DNA of 64,000 bases from the human T2T-CHM13v2.0 reference genome, Homo sapiens. Shown piece by piece: positions 28,992 through 44,800 of the stretch. Position numbers and translations under genes: made by a program. The stretch's first letter is position 1, and each line of letters opens with the position of its first letter. The notes beneath the pieces are model-generated. The model was not told the origin of the DNA and made no database searches. It worked only from the letters and a program-made list of their open reading frames with translations. Location: assembly GCF_009914755.1 (NCBI RefSeq), contig NC_060927.1. One strand, given 5' to 3'.

Positions 28992-29280
28992 GGTAAATGG
29001 TTATTTCTTAATTTTCCATGCTCCTTATGGTAACTTCAACACTGCTTCTTTATATATCTAATTTGAAGCCCAATCTTTTTATCCAATTTCCATTTGGATC
29101 ATTCATAGCCTTTTTCTCTCCTGCATCCCCCACCAACCAACCTGCATTTCTTCTTTGATGTGTTACATAACTTCTTGGAGTATATACCAACCTCATTGAA
29201 AAAAGTAAATATTCAGCTCAGAAAAAAAGTGTTAAGAAAATAAAAAAAGCCAGAGTGTGCAAAGATTAGTGACTATTAAC

Positions 29281-29702
29281 TGTTGCATGTTGAGATTCTA
29301 GGGAAGAAGACTCTGAGATGGGATTTGGCATGCAAGAGGTTTATTAAGGAGTACCCTTGGGATCAACATTTGTGAATGGGGTGGGAAGGAATGGCAAGAA
29401 GGAGAAGATAAGCTGTGATGCAGAACCAACCACAGCCTCAGCCAACCTCTCAGCCAGCTCTGGATCTAGACTGGTCCTTCAGAGTTGTCCCATATTAGGC
29501 TGAGGGAGCTAGACCTTCATCCTCCCCCACTGGTCAGTCATTGGATGTGGGCTGTTTCTGGAAGGCAAAGTGTCTCTCTGCCACAGAGACAATCCCCGAA
29601 TGGGTCACTAATTGAAAGCTCTCTGCTGCCAACACTCCCAGAAGCTGGGGCAAACCCTTTGTTGCAGGGTCATCTAGGTGGTGCCTCACAATGTCCACCA
29701 CT
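29281..29702 (-). mobile_element. LTR16-family (ERVL) LTR
   Basis: gactctgagatgggatttggcatgcaagaggtttatt...cccttgggatcaaca. Confidence 0.55.
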
Positions 29703-31008
29703 GAGAACAGGACAGGGCATTGGTGACTGTAGTCCAACCCTTTCTTATAAGTGCAGGGAGAAAAAGACAATTCCATTGGTTCCAGGGTTCTATTCTCTCC
29801 CTGCCATTCTACATGTGTTGGAAACAGTGGTTTTAAAGGTCCTAATGTATTTTTCTTCCTTTTCATTATCCTTTAGGATTTTGATACAGCCTTTGCTTGC
29901 TTCTGCTTTTGATGTCCTTGGCATAATCTTTTAAGGAAATGTCCTCTTTATTTAAAATTTTTGCTGCTATGACAATCAGTGTATCCTCTGCATTATAATT
30001 GCTCTAAATATGTTCTAAGCATTCCTTTCTCTCTAGTTCTGAGGGGATAATATGCTTCCAAATATGAGTTTGTTTAATAAAATTTGGGCTTCTCTGTGTG
30101 GCACGCTGCCGCTGAGCATATAATTGCTTTTTCTTTTCTTTGAAGAAGCTACTGTTAGAGGGAGCTACCCCCACTTCTTTTTTCATCCCAGAGATCGTTT
30201 CCATACAGCCCACTCAATATTGCCTGGCAGCATGGGGTACAAGAATAGCAAGGAGAATTGAAACCCACAGAAGAGCTGCAGCCTCCTCCCTTTGTGTACT
30301 TGTGAGCTGAGCTGCTAACAAGTGGTAGAATCGATTCATTTGAATTTCAACTTCCTTCATTTCCTCTGTCTTCCCTCTGGTGCTGGTGATAATGAGCAAT
30401 GAAAATGACCCAGGACTGAGGAGACAGATGGAATGGGAAGAGTATCAAGGGTTGAGATAATCCATAGTTTGAATAAGAATTAGCCTTGGCTCCTCTGCCT
30501 CCTGCAGCTTTATCTCATCCCACAGCAGCCACTGGACAGAACCACCAAACAAGGAGATGCTTCACAAGTAGCCTCTGGGAAGACTTTTGTCAGATTCCTC
30601 CTTGCTTTGGTGACATAAAGACACCTCATTGAAGCTTCCATCTTGGTTACATCAGAAGGAGGCTCAGGTATCCCTGGTGCACATGGGAGGACATAACATG
30701 GAAGTTTTATAATAACAGATTAATAGAAAAGGGACGAACCTATAAAGATATATCCAGATGTGAACCCATGAATTACGTTGAGTAAAAAATAATTAAAATA
30801 CATCCACAGCTCTTTCTAAATATCTAGGCATCCATATTTTTCTGGTCAGCAGAAAAGAATGTTCCCTTACAGAGAAGAGCAGGCACACATTTTAAATAAA
30901 GAACCGCAGAAAGAATAATATTTGCTACTGCTTTGTGCCAAGGTTGAAAGTTCGACTTGGTCAGGGAATATTTGCCAGCACCAATAAAAAATAATGACTG
31001 TTCCCATC

Positions 31009-31425
31009 TGTATTAGCCTATTCCTAGATTTCTATAAAAAATACCTGAGACTGGGTCATTTATAACGAAAAGAAGTTTAATTTGCTCATGGTTCTTTAGG
31101 CTGTACAGGAAGCATGATGCTGGCATCTGCTCAGCTTCTGGGGAGGCCTCAGGAAACTTTCAATCATGGCACAAAGCAAAGGGGAATCAGGCATATCTTA
31201 CATGGCCAGAGCAGGAAGAAGGAGAGGGAGATGCCACACACTTTTCAACAACCAGATCTCATGAGAACTCATCATCATGAGAACAGCACCAAGGGGATGG
31301 TGCTAAACCATTCACGAAAGATCCTCCCCCGTGTTCCAATCACCTCCCACCAGGCCCCACCTCCAACATTGAGGATTACAATTGAAAATGAGATTTGAGT
31401 GGGGACACAGATCCAGATCATATCA
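31009..31425 (-). mobile_element. MSTA-like MaLR solo LTR
   Basis: TG...CA termini (tgtattag...catatca) with a perfect 5-bp TSD ccatc at 31004-31008 and 31426-31430. Confidence 0.88.
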
Positions 31426-33635
31426 CCATCTCACCCCCATAATCCCTGGCTAGAGTACAGTTTTTAACCACTTTGATTTGTGGCTGTAGAATGGCAAGCA
31501 CAGCATTTCCACAAATAATTGTTGGTCACTTGTAAACAGATGTGCCTAGATTCCCAAACAGATAAGAATCTACTACCTGCAAAGGAGAAGAATCAGCTTT
31601 TAACGTCACCAAGGCCTCAGTTATCCCATAATAGGATGAGTGCCACTTTCCACAGGTGGAGAGACCTCAGTGTCTGCAGACCTGCGATGTTTCCTAGACT
31701 CCAGGGAGTTCCAGCAGCTGAGCATGAGGAGCCCTTATAGACTCTCAGACACTCCATCTCCCTAAGGGTTGAAAATGATGTCTTTTCTTCTAAGTTGGAG
31801 ACAAAGTAGAGGAAAAGAGAGAAATGCTGGTACATTTAAAGTGAAAAATTTACTTAGTACACATTCAGTCTCTCCCTGACTCTCACTCTTTGTAAATATT
31901 TTACCCTCATGTTTTGATTAGGTGTTTCTCAAACTTGTAGGCCAGGCTAGCATCACAGGTTCAGTAACAGTGCATCTGGGACACCAGGACCAGTCCTGAC
32001 AGGTTAAACAATGGTGACCTCCTCACAGAATCTGACCTCCTTCTGACAGTGGCCATCCCTGGGTGGCTTTCCCGGAGAACAGAGGTGTCATCCTCTTCAT
32101 CTTTCCAGATTTTAGTTTTCATGAATTAAATACTGTTGTTTCCATTTCCCCAATGTGAGAAGCTTCCTCCTTTTGTTTTGAACCTGATTGTGCAAGGAGG
32201 AGCCGGTAATTAGTGGCTCACCCTCTCTCCTGCTCTTTCTCCATTTCCATATGGACTTCCATAAAGAGGTGGCAAAATCTGCATTGTTAAGGGTAGAGTG
32301 GCCCACCCCCAGGACTTTTAGGTTCTTGAGAGGCTCCCATCATCTTTTAGCCATCCAGATCTTCATTGAGCAAACATATTCTGAGCACAGACTATATTAT
32401 TTGCTCCAAGGCAGCTCTGCGGATGCCCACAGCTGTAACAGTCAGATGGTCCGCAGGCCCCCCAACACATGGGTGTCTTGCTCTGCTCTGTCCAGTCCTC
32501 CCATCTGTGACTTTTGGTGTTGGTGAATTGGAAAGACGAAGAGGAGGAAATGCTCAGGGTGGATTGTGCCTCTGCTTAGACTGAATGTTACTAAATCAGG
32601 GAATTGAGGAGACCCCACCTGGTTCCCCACCACCTTCTTCCTCTTACATGCTGTGACTCTGCACAAAGCAAAAGCCATAGGCATGGTAAAAATGTAAAAC
32701 ATGGGTGTACCTGACCAAAAACAGGTTTGTTGAGCTGAATATGGGTAAAAATTGGTTTGATGTGGTAGCAATTTGGTCATGATTCTTGAAACTACCTCAG
32801 AGGCCATAAAATTTGTGACTTCATGTTAATATGATGATGTCTATTTTTAAAAGATTGTGCACGTATCTAAAGAAGGCTAGATGAAGATTTACATTATCTT
32901 GTTCTGGAAATGGCTGTCTCTCCTCTGCTTGACTTTCTTAGTTTTGCCTGCATGGATTCTACTGTCTTTACTTATCTTACCTGCCATTTGGTTCACCAAG
33001 AGAGAATAAATGCGAGGTTGGAGAATGCCAATCTGGTTTTATTTAAATGGGTGTGTTATGTCTGAGCAAGGAGACAGGGGAAGTCTTACTGCATCGTGCA
33101 GACAATTAAATGGGTTTGGAAAGTTTTATGTGGTTCATTGTTGACAAAAGCTAAGTCCCTAGGTAGCTGTTAATTTTTCCGGGTGCTTCCCAGAGGAAAA
33201 TCAACTCAGAGCAACATTATTCTCTGTGGAACTTCGACTAACTGCACAGTATAGAAAAGATGGGTGGTAATCTCAGTTCTGATTTTCTTTTTTGTTCTTG
33301 GGGGTTTCCTTACTATGTAAGGAAGATTTCTCTTGGTTGGAAAAAATCTATATCTAACTGAGAAGATAAACTATTCATGTGATAACAGAGAGGCAAGAAC
33401 ATTTCTGGACCATATCCAAATAATTGGTTTAAAAGGGTTGCCTAGTTATGTATTGGCATAATTAGGTAAACAGGAGGCAGCCTATATGATTATCTTACTG
33501 TTAGAATTACATTGCCATTGATACTATTTAGGCAACATTTTGTATGACTTCATTGTTCTACAAATATTAGTTGATTGGCTTTTCCATTCTGTCATTTTCT
33601 TTAGGGAACAAGGACTTAAGCTTTTATATACTTAC

Positions 33636-33704
33636 ATATATATATATGTGTGTATATATGTATATATGTACATACATATATATATGTATATGTGTGTGTG
33701 TATA

Positions 33705-33747
<43 letters not shown>
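33636..33747. repeat. (TA)/(TG) microsatellite
   Basis: Directly visible. Confidence 0.95.
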
Positions 33748-33751
<4 letters not shown>

Positions 33752-34724
33752 CAGGATAAATCAAATGAGGAAAACTTTGACCTTACATGATCTCCCGTGT
33801 GATCATTCAGAAGATGAAATTTGAAAATTTACATTAGGATGCTTAAGAGAATGAAGAATCTAAATCTGAAATCAAGGACAAATTATATGAAGGTTAGGGA
33901 TGATTTATACACTACTTGACTTCTACCAACAAATTGGAGGGGTAGTTATTCCATTTGATTTGATGGACAGTGGTTCTGGAAAAGAAAAATGATGAGATTC
34001 ACAAGAGCAACTTTGTTTTGAAATGATTCTTGAAAATTTGGCTCTCTATTTCATGCTTCATGGGTGTAAGCTGTCTCAACTCCAAGCTGCTTACCCACCT
34101 CACTGACTCTGTAACCAGATTTTTGACTTCCTGATTAGGAAATAAAAACGGGAAGGAAGGATAAGTATTGTGTGAAAATAACTTCTCCATCCATTTCTAA
34201 TTGAAATCAGCATCCAGGTGTCAGTCTTAGGTCATTAGTCTGGATAGTTCAGTGAGAATTTGCATGATGCCTCAGTTCTGGACAAGGATTGTTGGGGGAC
34301 CAATGGTCAAAATGAAATGGGGGAGAGCACTCTCTTGATAGCCTACTCTTCAGTCGTGGATAATGGACAGTGGGCTCCATTTGATGGAAGCCTTTTGCAG
34401 ACATAATATTGGGTGAGAACCTTATACTATCCACATGCTGGCAATATTCCTGAATTAACAGAATGTTATTTATGTCAGTTCTGTTTCATCAGAATTGCCA
34501 AGACATGTCATTTAAATTCTTCACTGAATCTCTAGAATTTTTGCTTCGTTTGTAGTTGTCTCTTTGATGTTTGTCTTCGTGTTTGCAAAAGAGCTTCTGA
34601 GAGCTGCAGAGAATCAACAGGCACTAGGATGGCTATCCACACATGTCCACTAAGATGACTATATGCCACACAGGCTCTATTTCCAAGAGTATGCTTAAAA
34701 CAAAAATCACTCAACAAAGAGAAA

Positions 34725-34940
34725 TAGCTAATATTTATTTTGTACTTATTCTGCCAGGTATCATTCTATTTTGCCTAAATAATATCACTTAGTCCTTTCT
34801 ACCAATAGAAGAAATAAGTACTGCGGTTACACTCGTTTTACAGGTGGAGAAACTGAGTAAGGCAAGGTTAATATGGAAACTTGGGTTTAGACTCAGATAG
34901 TCTGACTTCTGAGTCCCTGGTCTTAACCCCTGGACTATAC
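34725..34940 (-). mobile_element. MIR
   Basis: tttacaggtggagaaactgag...gactcagatagtctgact..tcttaacc. Confidence 0.6.
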
Positions 34941-35353
34941 TAATACAGCACTAATTCCACACCAGGAACTGTGCTAGACACCAGGGATATGTGAGCAAAC
35001 AATATTTAAATTTATTATTCAGATTACACCTTAGACGTGCATGGATATCTTTCATCTGTGTATCAGTTTTTCTCAGCTGCTTGAAAGTTACCATAACAAC
35101 TTAGAACATTATTGACTGTCATGGTCAGCAAATAGAATTAAATAATTTGGTATCTAATGACAATGGAACTGCATTGTCCTTCAGCATTGAGCAATTACAA
35201 AATTTTAAAATGAGGTTTCTATTATACTTTTATTAAAAAGCATACTGTTCTGTTAGTTGTTAGTGTATATGTGTGAAACAAATATTAATCAGGGTTTGTG
35301 ATAAAAACATAAATATAAATATATTAACTTATTTAATTGGTAAAATAGCCATG

Positions 35354-36200
<847 letters not shown>

Positions 36201-37858
36201 CATGCGAAATAGATATTATCATGCCCATTTTATAGATGAAAACGTTGAGGTCCAGTGTTAAGCAACATGCCCTAAAAATCACAAAACTAATAAGTTCAAA
36301 TTACTAGCAGTAACTAGTAACTACTAAGAGGCTGAATGACAAAGTTAGACAAACTTAGGTATGCCTAATTCCAAAGTCCTTTAAAAAATTACTGCTTTAT
36401 AAGGTTTTCAAAGCCTTTAAGGGTAATAGTATTAAATAATCTTTTCAAAAAGAAAAGTGGTATCTGAAGATGAGGAAATAGCAGAGTATAAAATTGAAAC
36501 ACAATAGTCCATTCATCTTCATTTACTTATAAGTATGTCTAGTTTAAGTCCAGGGACATTTCTTTAATAAAACAAAAAATAACCCTTAGTGATAACTATT
36601 GATTATTAATTTTTTCTTCTCTGCCTGCAATAGACATTAGTTGGTGGTGGGTGTTTCTCTATGGTAATATTATGCAACTTGACAGTGATCAAGTGCAACT
36701 AGAATCCTCATTTGCAAAACCTGTCACCTCATACTCTTTGAGAATATTTAGGTAAAGTGTGAATGTATTGGTAGTAGTAATTGTAGTAGTAGAGGTAGTA
36801 TTAAATGTTGTGCATTTCAATCTGAATGTATTAATTTATCAATAGCAATGTTTTATTCTATGGGCGATTTCACTATAAAAATAAGAAGACCTGGGGACGC
36901 CTTCAGCAGGGAGCCAAATATATTTGGGACAATCTGGGTTAATAAATACTTTACTGCAACTGTCAGAACCTTTAACAGGCTGATATCCATTGTGAGTCTC
37001 AGAAAGAGTGTTTTTCAGACTTATGACTTCATAATATTCATTTGTAGAACGCTCAGACACCTAACTTTCCATAGAACCCCTGGAAAATGTAAATGTGATT
37101 CTGATCCCTTTGAAGGTGTATTCAGAGCTAATAATATTTGCCAAGCATCTACCATGAGACAGTCATTATCAGAACCACATCGGAAATCAATGAAATAAGC
37201 ATTATTCTTAGTTCTAGTTGAGGAAACTGACATGCGGAACAATTAGTTGGCCTGTCCAAGACCTCCTAGCTGGTATCAGAAATGAAAGTTGAACTTGATT
37301 TTATCTAGCTTCAGGTTCTGGATGATTTCTGTACATTTTGTTGAGACCAAGAAAGTTTAAACGGTCCAGGGTGGCTCCACTGGTAAGAAGAGGCACTATG
37401 TCTCATATACTTTCCTATCTTCTATAGCACTTAACACGGAATAGGTTGTCTATCAATGCCTCCTGGCCAATCTCTTTGTTTGTTGCTTAGTTGTTATTCT
37501 GACTGTGCTCATGGTGAAAAATTATGACTATAGAAAATGATATAAGGTAAAAAGTAAAAATTCTCCTTAATATCATCAACCCCCAGAACCGTCCCCTAAA
37601 GGTAAAACTATTATCAATTTGTTCTTGTTTTTCCACAACTTTTAAAGCTTTTGCGTGTGTGTGTGTGTGTAGATGCTTCTGTTCTGCCTTACACAGATGG
37701 GATTACACATTCAAATTTTTCTCTCAGTGATATGTATTTGACAACTTTTTATCAGAATTTGCAGATTGCTTCATTCATTTTGATGTACCATATTTATTTA
37801 ATCAATCTCTTTATGACAAATATTTAGATTAATTCTATTATTTTTTAAAAAATACTTC

Positions 37859-38289
<431 letters not shown>

Positions 38290-39736
38290 TTAGGAAACAT
38301 AGTGGACCATTTCTAAGAAATGTTATAGAATCTGTAGATAAACATGTGTGTTTAAATATATATTTTTGACCAAAAAGTAGGACCCTGACTTTCTGGTCTG
38401 CTCTGTTCTAACAAGGGAGCAAAAGGACTGAGACAATGGTTCTCATCAGATGCCTATATGTCCAAAATCCACAATGGCTAAAACCAGGAGAGGGCATTTC
38501 GGCCTCCTCAGGCTGTTACCTTCCCATGGAACAGCTCTGCACAGTTTAACTTTGATGCCAAGAACACAGATGTAACCAAACCTTTCTCATTTTAAAGGTA
38601 TTCCCATTTTGTTATCAGCTGGCTCGTTCAATGATGTAGACCAGGAATGGAATAATTTTATTTCACATTATTTATGATAGCAAATCATGGGAGACAACCT
38701 AAATATCTAACAAAAGAATAATGTGTAAATAGATCTAACATATAACCCCATTCACTGAGGTACTATGCAGGCATTAAAATGATGAAAGTCATGACAATTT
38801 ACAACCCTGAAAAAGAAACACAAAATTGTTACCTATGCTAACATGGCAATTGTAAAATGATGCGTGTGTACACATATAAGGCCTGGAAGAACAAAATATT
38901 TGATGTGTTACATGTATGAATTATGCATTTTTTTATTTTTTAAAGTTCAAATGTTTTTTAGCGCTATTTGTAAAATTTTAAATTAATAGCCTACAGGGGC
39001 TAATCTCTGTGGATGTCTAGGAAGACTATGATCTGTGCATGGAGGTTTGTTGTAGTCTCAGGGCTTGACATTTTCTTTTAAAATGGCATTCTGTAAATTT
39101 GATCAGACTCTCCCCTAACTCTTCAGAATGCTGTTTGTAAGTGAGGTTACTACATGTTCCATTTTGCGTAGGACTGTTCCTTCTTGAACCTGTTGTCCCA
39201 GCACAGTTGTCACTAGCTTTGCTTTTCACTGTTAGACTTGTCTTTGTTTGTACAATAAATTCTGTGGGCCCCTCACTGTGAGGGACATACTAACTATCCT
39301 GTTCCACCACATTTCTATCTCATCCTGGTTTTATCCTGACCTCTAGTAAACATCATCCCTAGATCATAATTTAACTTTCTATGGCTTAGAAAGTCTTGTA
39401 CACCTCAATGATTTCACTGTATGCAAAAGACCAAAGAAGAATGTATCTGCATCATCAGTGAAATCTTAAAGACATTGTCCATTATGTTGTTTGGCAGCTC
39501 TTTCCTAGGATTTTTTGAAAATGATAAAATTTGAAAAAATTTTATCTCTGCTAATAACTAATTGTTTTGACTGTTTTAGATAATAACCATTTTGTAATCT
39601 GATGTTTTTGTTTTCTGTCTTTAGCTGCCAGGAAACTCAGAGTTAAGCCAGGTACTTAGTTGCAGCAAAAACTCTTAACTCACATAATGGGGAGTCAGAT
39701 AGAATTGACTTCAAGTTCTATTCTCCATTTACTACT

Positions 39737-40430
39737 CTATTAGTTTCCTATAGCTTCTGTAGCAAATTGCCACAATCTTGGTGGCTAAAAATAACACACA
39801 TCTATTTTCTTATAGTTCTGGAGGTAGAGTCTGAAATCAGTTTCAATGGACAAAAAATCAATTTTGGGGGTATGGCCACACTAACTCCAAAGACTATAAA
39901 GGACAATCCATTGCTTGCAACTTTTAGCTTCTGGTAGCTTGTCAGCACTTCTTGACTTGTGGCTATATCACTTCAATCCTTACCTTAGTTGTTACATTGC
40001 CTTTTCTTCTGTGTTAGATCTCCCTCTGTATCCTTCTTATAAGAGCACTCAAAATTACATTTAGGGCTCATCCAGATAATCCAAGATAATCTTTCCATCT
40101 CAAGATCCTTAATTTAATCTCATCTGCAAAGATTCTTTTTCCATACAAGGTAACATTCACAGGTTCCAGAGATCAGGACCTAAATATTTTTAGACCATTT
40201 TTGGCTTATCATAATCTATCCTCTGATTCCGAAAGATTTACATCCATCCTCCATGCAAAATATATTAATCATATTCAAACATCCCCCAAAATTCTCAATT
40301 CATTACAGCATCAACTCAGAGTACAAAATCTCATCTAAATATCACCCCAAAACCCTCACATTTTAGCATTTAAATCAGATGTGCAAAGACTCTAGGTATA
40401 AGCATCTTGGGAGCAAAATTTCTTTCTATT
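39737..40430 (-). mobile_element. MLT1 (B/C-like) LTR plus adjoining internal sequence
   Basis: The LTR runs to ~40212 (ccagataatccaagataatct..ctcaagatccttaatttaatc..catctgcaaag), followed by MLT1-int-like sequence. Confidence 0.7.
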
Positions 40431-40774
40431 TTTAAAGTACAGCTTTTGGCCCTGTGCCTTGTACATAGAAGGTGCCCACAAAATGTTAGCCACCATCAGA
40501 ATTATGCTCTTCATACTCTTCCCTCATTATATGGTTCATTTTCTTTACCATTCTATGATTCTGATTTACCTATGTCTCTGAACGTGGATCCCTCTTGGAA
40601 TAACATGAAAAAGTTGATAAAATGAAATCATTGACTCTTTAGAAACATTGTCATAGCAGAGAGAAGACAAGGTGTAAGATGGTGAAGGCTCCACATTGTC
40701 ATAGCAGACATCAGTGTAAGATGATGATGATAGTGGTGGTGGTGGTGGTGGTGGCAGTAGTACTAGGAGTGGTA

Positions 40775-40960
40775 GTAGCAGTAACTCTGACTGAGAGTTT
40801 ATCTTGTAAAAGCAGATATTCTAAATGTGTTACATGTGTTATCTCATTTAATCCTCATCTCACCCTTGTGAGGTGGAACTTTTATTACCCTCATGTTCAG
40901 ATGAGAAAACTAGGATAGAGAAATTATGCAATGAGTTAGTGGCCAAGCTGTGATCTCCAT
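40775..40960 (-). mobile_element. MIR preceded by (GAT)/(GGT)n repeat (40719-40775)
   Basis: tctcatttaatcctcat..ccttgtgaggtgg..cagatgagaaaact. Confidence 0.7.
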
Positions 40961-41204
40961 ATTGGCCAATTAAAACCAAGTGCACCTTGCACATGTCTCA
41001 TAGGGCAGTGAAATGGAGTCCTGGAGTTCATGAGATGCAATTGCAGAGAATCACTGCTCATTTCACCTTGGGTTTCCATTTTGTATCACTCTGAGGGGAT
41101 AAGCCTTACTCTATCTAGGATTCCTAAGACTTTTTTGCATCACCAAAAAAGGACTTATCTTCCCCTCGAAGATTTTTGTTAAGATGTAGAATCTCCCCTA
41201 CCCC

Positions 41205-41805
41205 AAATTTTTACTTGAAAAATTTGAAACTTTCAGACAAGTTGAAAAATTGGTACAATGAACACATATATCCATCACCATCCCTTTAAAATTGTTAAAT
41301 TTTTCCCATCACTGTTTCTCACAATATATAGGCAGATATATTTCGTTTTTGCTGAATAATTTGACAGCTGCGGTTGTCAAGACACTTTACCCCAAAATAC
41401 TTCAGTATGTTCCTCTTAAGAACAACTACCTCCATTCTACTCATATCAGCATAAATTTTAAGAAACGTAAATTTGATGCAATAATACCTTACATACAGTA
41501 TACATTCAAATTTCCCCCAGTTGTTCCAATAATGTCCCTTTCTAGCATTTTCTTTAAATCCAGAAGTTGATCTCTTGCGTTGTTTTCAGTTGTGACATCT
41601 CTTTTCTTTATCTAGAACAGTTCTAAAGCCTGTGTTTTATTGTTATTTTGTTTTGTTTATTTTTTATTTTTGTTTTTTGTTTTTCTTCAGTGAAATTTCA
41701 AAAACTCCAGATTAGTAAAATACCTCAAGTTGTGAATTGGTCTGATGCTTTCCTCTTGATTAGATTCGGGTTAAATATGTATTGGCATGAATACTGTATG
41801 TGATG
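41205..41805 (-). mobile_element. Old L1M 3' fragment
   Basis: agttgaaaaattggtacaatgaacac...gacactttaccccaaaatacttcagtatg...ttagattcgggttaaat. Confidence 0.6.
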
Positions 41806-44800
41806 TGAGAATCATTTCCTAATTAGTTATACTTAAGAAATGTGAAACCCTCAAGACAGAATGATCTTATATTTTAGGAAAATAATTAAATTTTAAACCT
41901 AATCATCTTTGAATGGTCATTGACAGTTTTTGAAGCACATTTCACACATATTTTATTGTCTCCTTGTAACTGTGAGACCAATGAGGTGGATATTATTGAT
42001 CATAGTCCTAGGGCAACTAAGGGATGGAAGTATGTGTGTTGTGCTAAATTCCTGAAATTCATTACTTGGGAAGCTGAGTTTTGAATCCAGTTTCTGAGTC
42101 TTCATTTTGGATCTCAATCCTGTGTTTTTCCCACCAACCCAGTGAATATTATTACAGCATCTTGTGTAAGAAGGATAAAGCAGGGTTAAGCAGGATATGT
42201 TTTTAAAAAAATTGTGACACTCATCCTACTCAGAAGTACAACTGAATTCACCATAAGTAAGGGCTTTCTAAAGGAAGCTTTCAAGTTATCCTGGACTCTG
42301 GTGAATCTTGAGAGCCTACATTTATGTAGATTAGATGTTAAAAGTTTGCAAAGCTCTCACGTTGTAAATGTCATAAGCATTTGCTGTGAAATAATAGTAG
42401 AGAAGCAGAAAGAAACCAAGATGGATAGATTCCCACTCAGTCTCCCTATAAACTTGCAACATGTTGCATAATAAATATGGATGTAGCAGAGACATCGTGG
42501 TATCTTTATGCTGTGCTCAGTATCCACAGAGGGATAAATGCTGGGTTCATAAAAAGTGGGTTTCAAAAATGTATTTGTTTGTTTTTCCAGTGGATTCATT
42601 GGTAGGAAGAACTTCTAAACCCACTCTGAAGATCCATAAGCACTAGATCTTGTAGGAAGGAGTTAATGTATTCAGAAGAGTCAGTTCTTTCCCAATATAT
42701 TGAGGGTTTGCTTGAGGATTTATCTTGTGAAATAGATTTCAAAAGTGGAAAAGTAGTGCCTTAACTGACTGAGATCTAGAACAAATGGATTTCATGTGAT
42801 TTTGATAAAAGTTTTATATCAGAGTGGCCTTTAAGAAATTCTAACAGGAAAAGGGGTTGTCTCCCTCTTTGATTTTCCCAAATTTGGCAGGAAGAGGTCA
42901 ACAGAGGGCTGGTGAGGCATTTGAAACTCAGCATTTGTGTTTACAGACATTCATATAAAAAGTGGCCAGGAAAAGAGATATAGAAACCAATGCATGTTAA
43001 ATGAGACCTGTTCTGGGGGATATCTGAGATGCAGGTCCTTTCCTGCTGCTAACCAGCTGTATGGCTTTGAGGAGTCTCCATTTTATGAGTTCCTCTACTG
43101 TATTAACATAGAGACTAATAATGTCCACTATGTGTAATTGACAGTGCTGTTTAGAGATAATCAAATGAAAGCATGCATGTGAACTTGCCCCACAAGCTTC
43201 TAAAGTAGTTCACGAATGTAAGGCAAATGGATAATTTTAGAGCTTTTGACTTGGAAGTATACTTCCCTTAATTTAAAAATCCATCTTGGTCCTTGTTTCC
43301 TATCTTAGTGGGACCAGTTAGGAAGGAAAAAAATTAGAGTTTAGCTATAAAATGGTGTATGGTGCCATGTTTGATCACACATGCTCTGGAAACCAAAGGA
43401 CTTCAGTTAAGTTCTTGCCTCTGTCATTTAGCTGTAGTTACCATAAATGGGTTATATAACCTCTTTAAGCCTCAATTTGTTCATCCGTACAAGGGTTGCA
43501 ATTACTACCTTTTAGGGGCTTTGTGAGAATTGTGGTGAGGTGATACATGTGTAACCAGTATAAAATGAAACTTTCCTTCTTGCCTCTACTGTTCCTTTAA
43601 TTTCTATCCTCTTGATCATTCTCTTCTAGTCCCTGAATGCAAACATTAGTAAGCCCCACAATGTTGTACTTACTCCTAGATAATAGATTGTCCTAATATT
43701 ATTTTAAGTCACAAACTCAGTTAATTTAAACCAAAATAAAAATTAATCATGATCATTTAAATGTATAGTTTAAGAGATTAACAAAAACCCTGAATTTCAT
43801 TTAATATTTAACTGTTCTCCCCTTCCCTTTGTTTCAGGCTCAAAGGGAAAGAGGATTTAGTAAGTGGCTTGATTTCTCTTCTCTGCCTTCCATTCCACTC
43901 CACCCCCAGGTGAGCATAACTGGGTGGCAGCTGCTCAGGAGGTAGAATTAATAGGATGAGAGGATTCAGGTCTCTCTCTCCTGAGACTTTCATACCCTCC
44001 CCCCATGTGGCTCCCCTGACTCTGATAGTGGATTCGTTTCAGATGGCCACTTGCTCGAAATCTAAGCATCTACCCTACAGTTTTGTGTTGCTGGAGTCCC
44101 TCTGTTCTATGAAGGAATTCTGTGGGACAGTGAAATAAGACTCAAGATGCTCGCTCCTTGAAAATCTCTTCCCCTCTAGTGACCGCATTTGACCTATAGG
44201 AAATAGTTTCCCATCCCTTATTGACAAACTCTGGGAGTGTAGGCTCACCCCAACATCGAAACATCACCCAACTCCATCTCCAGACAACAGGTTAACCCGG
44301 TTCTCTTTCCAAGACACTCTGCCTCCCAACTCCAGGGGTCATGTACTAAACTTTCTCCTTTCCTTGGGAAGGTGACATGATAGGTACCTCTTGACTGTTT
44401 TACTTTCAAAGTGGGCAAGGACACATTGACTCACAGAACATGTGTCAGCCAAGCTTTATATGGTAACTTAACCCCTTAATTCCAAAAAAAGTTATATGGT
44501 AACTAACTTTTTAACTCTACATTCATTTAACCAAGAACCTTGTCAGAATTTCAGTTTTACCATCCTGCTAGATGAATTCATCACTTAACAAATACCTGAT
44601 GTGTAATAAATGCCAAGCAAATGATAGCTGTGTTATAATGAAATGAGAATGGATTATAATTCATTTCAATAAATAAATGTTTATTAAATTCTTACCATGG
44701 GCAATGTGAGAATGTAAAATGGGTAAAACAGTGACCCTGCCTGTTGGAACCTCATGGTCTAGCAGTAGAGAAGGTAAAGTGATGTATTTAATATGAAGTA

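Noticed and set aside
29485-29934. 149-aa ORF (and the 147-aa ORF at 22559)
   Set aside because: Non-ATG start, overlap with LTR/MER relics, and no domain or splice support.
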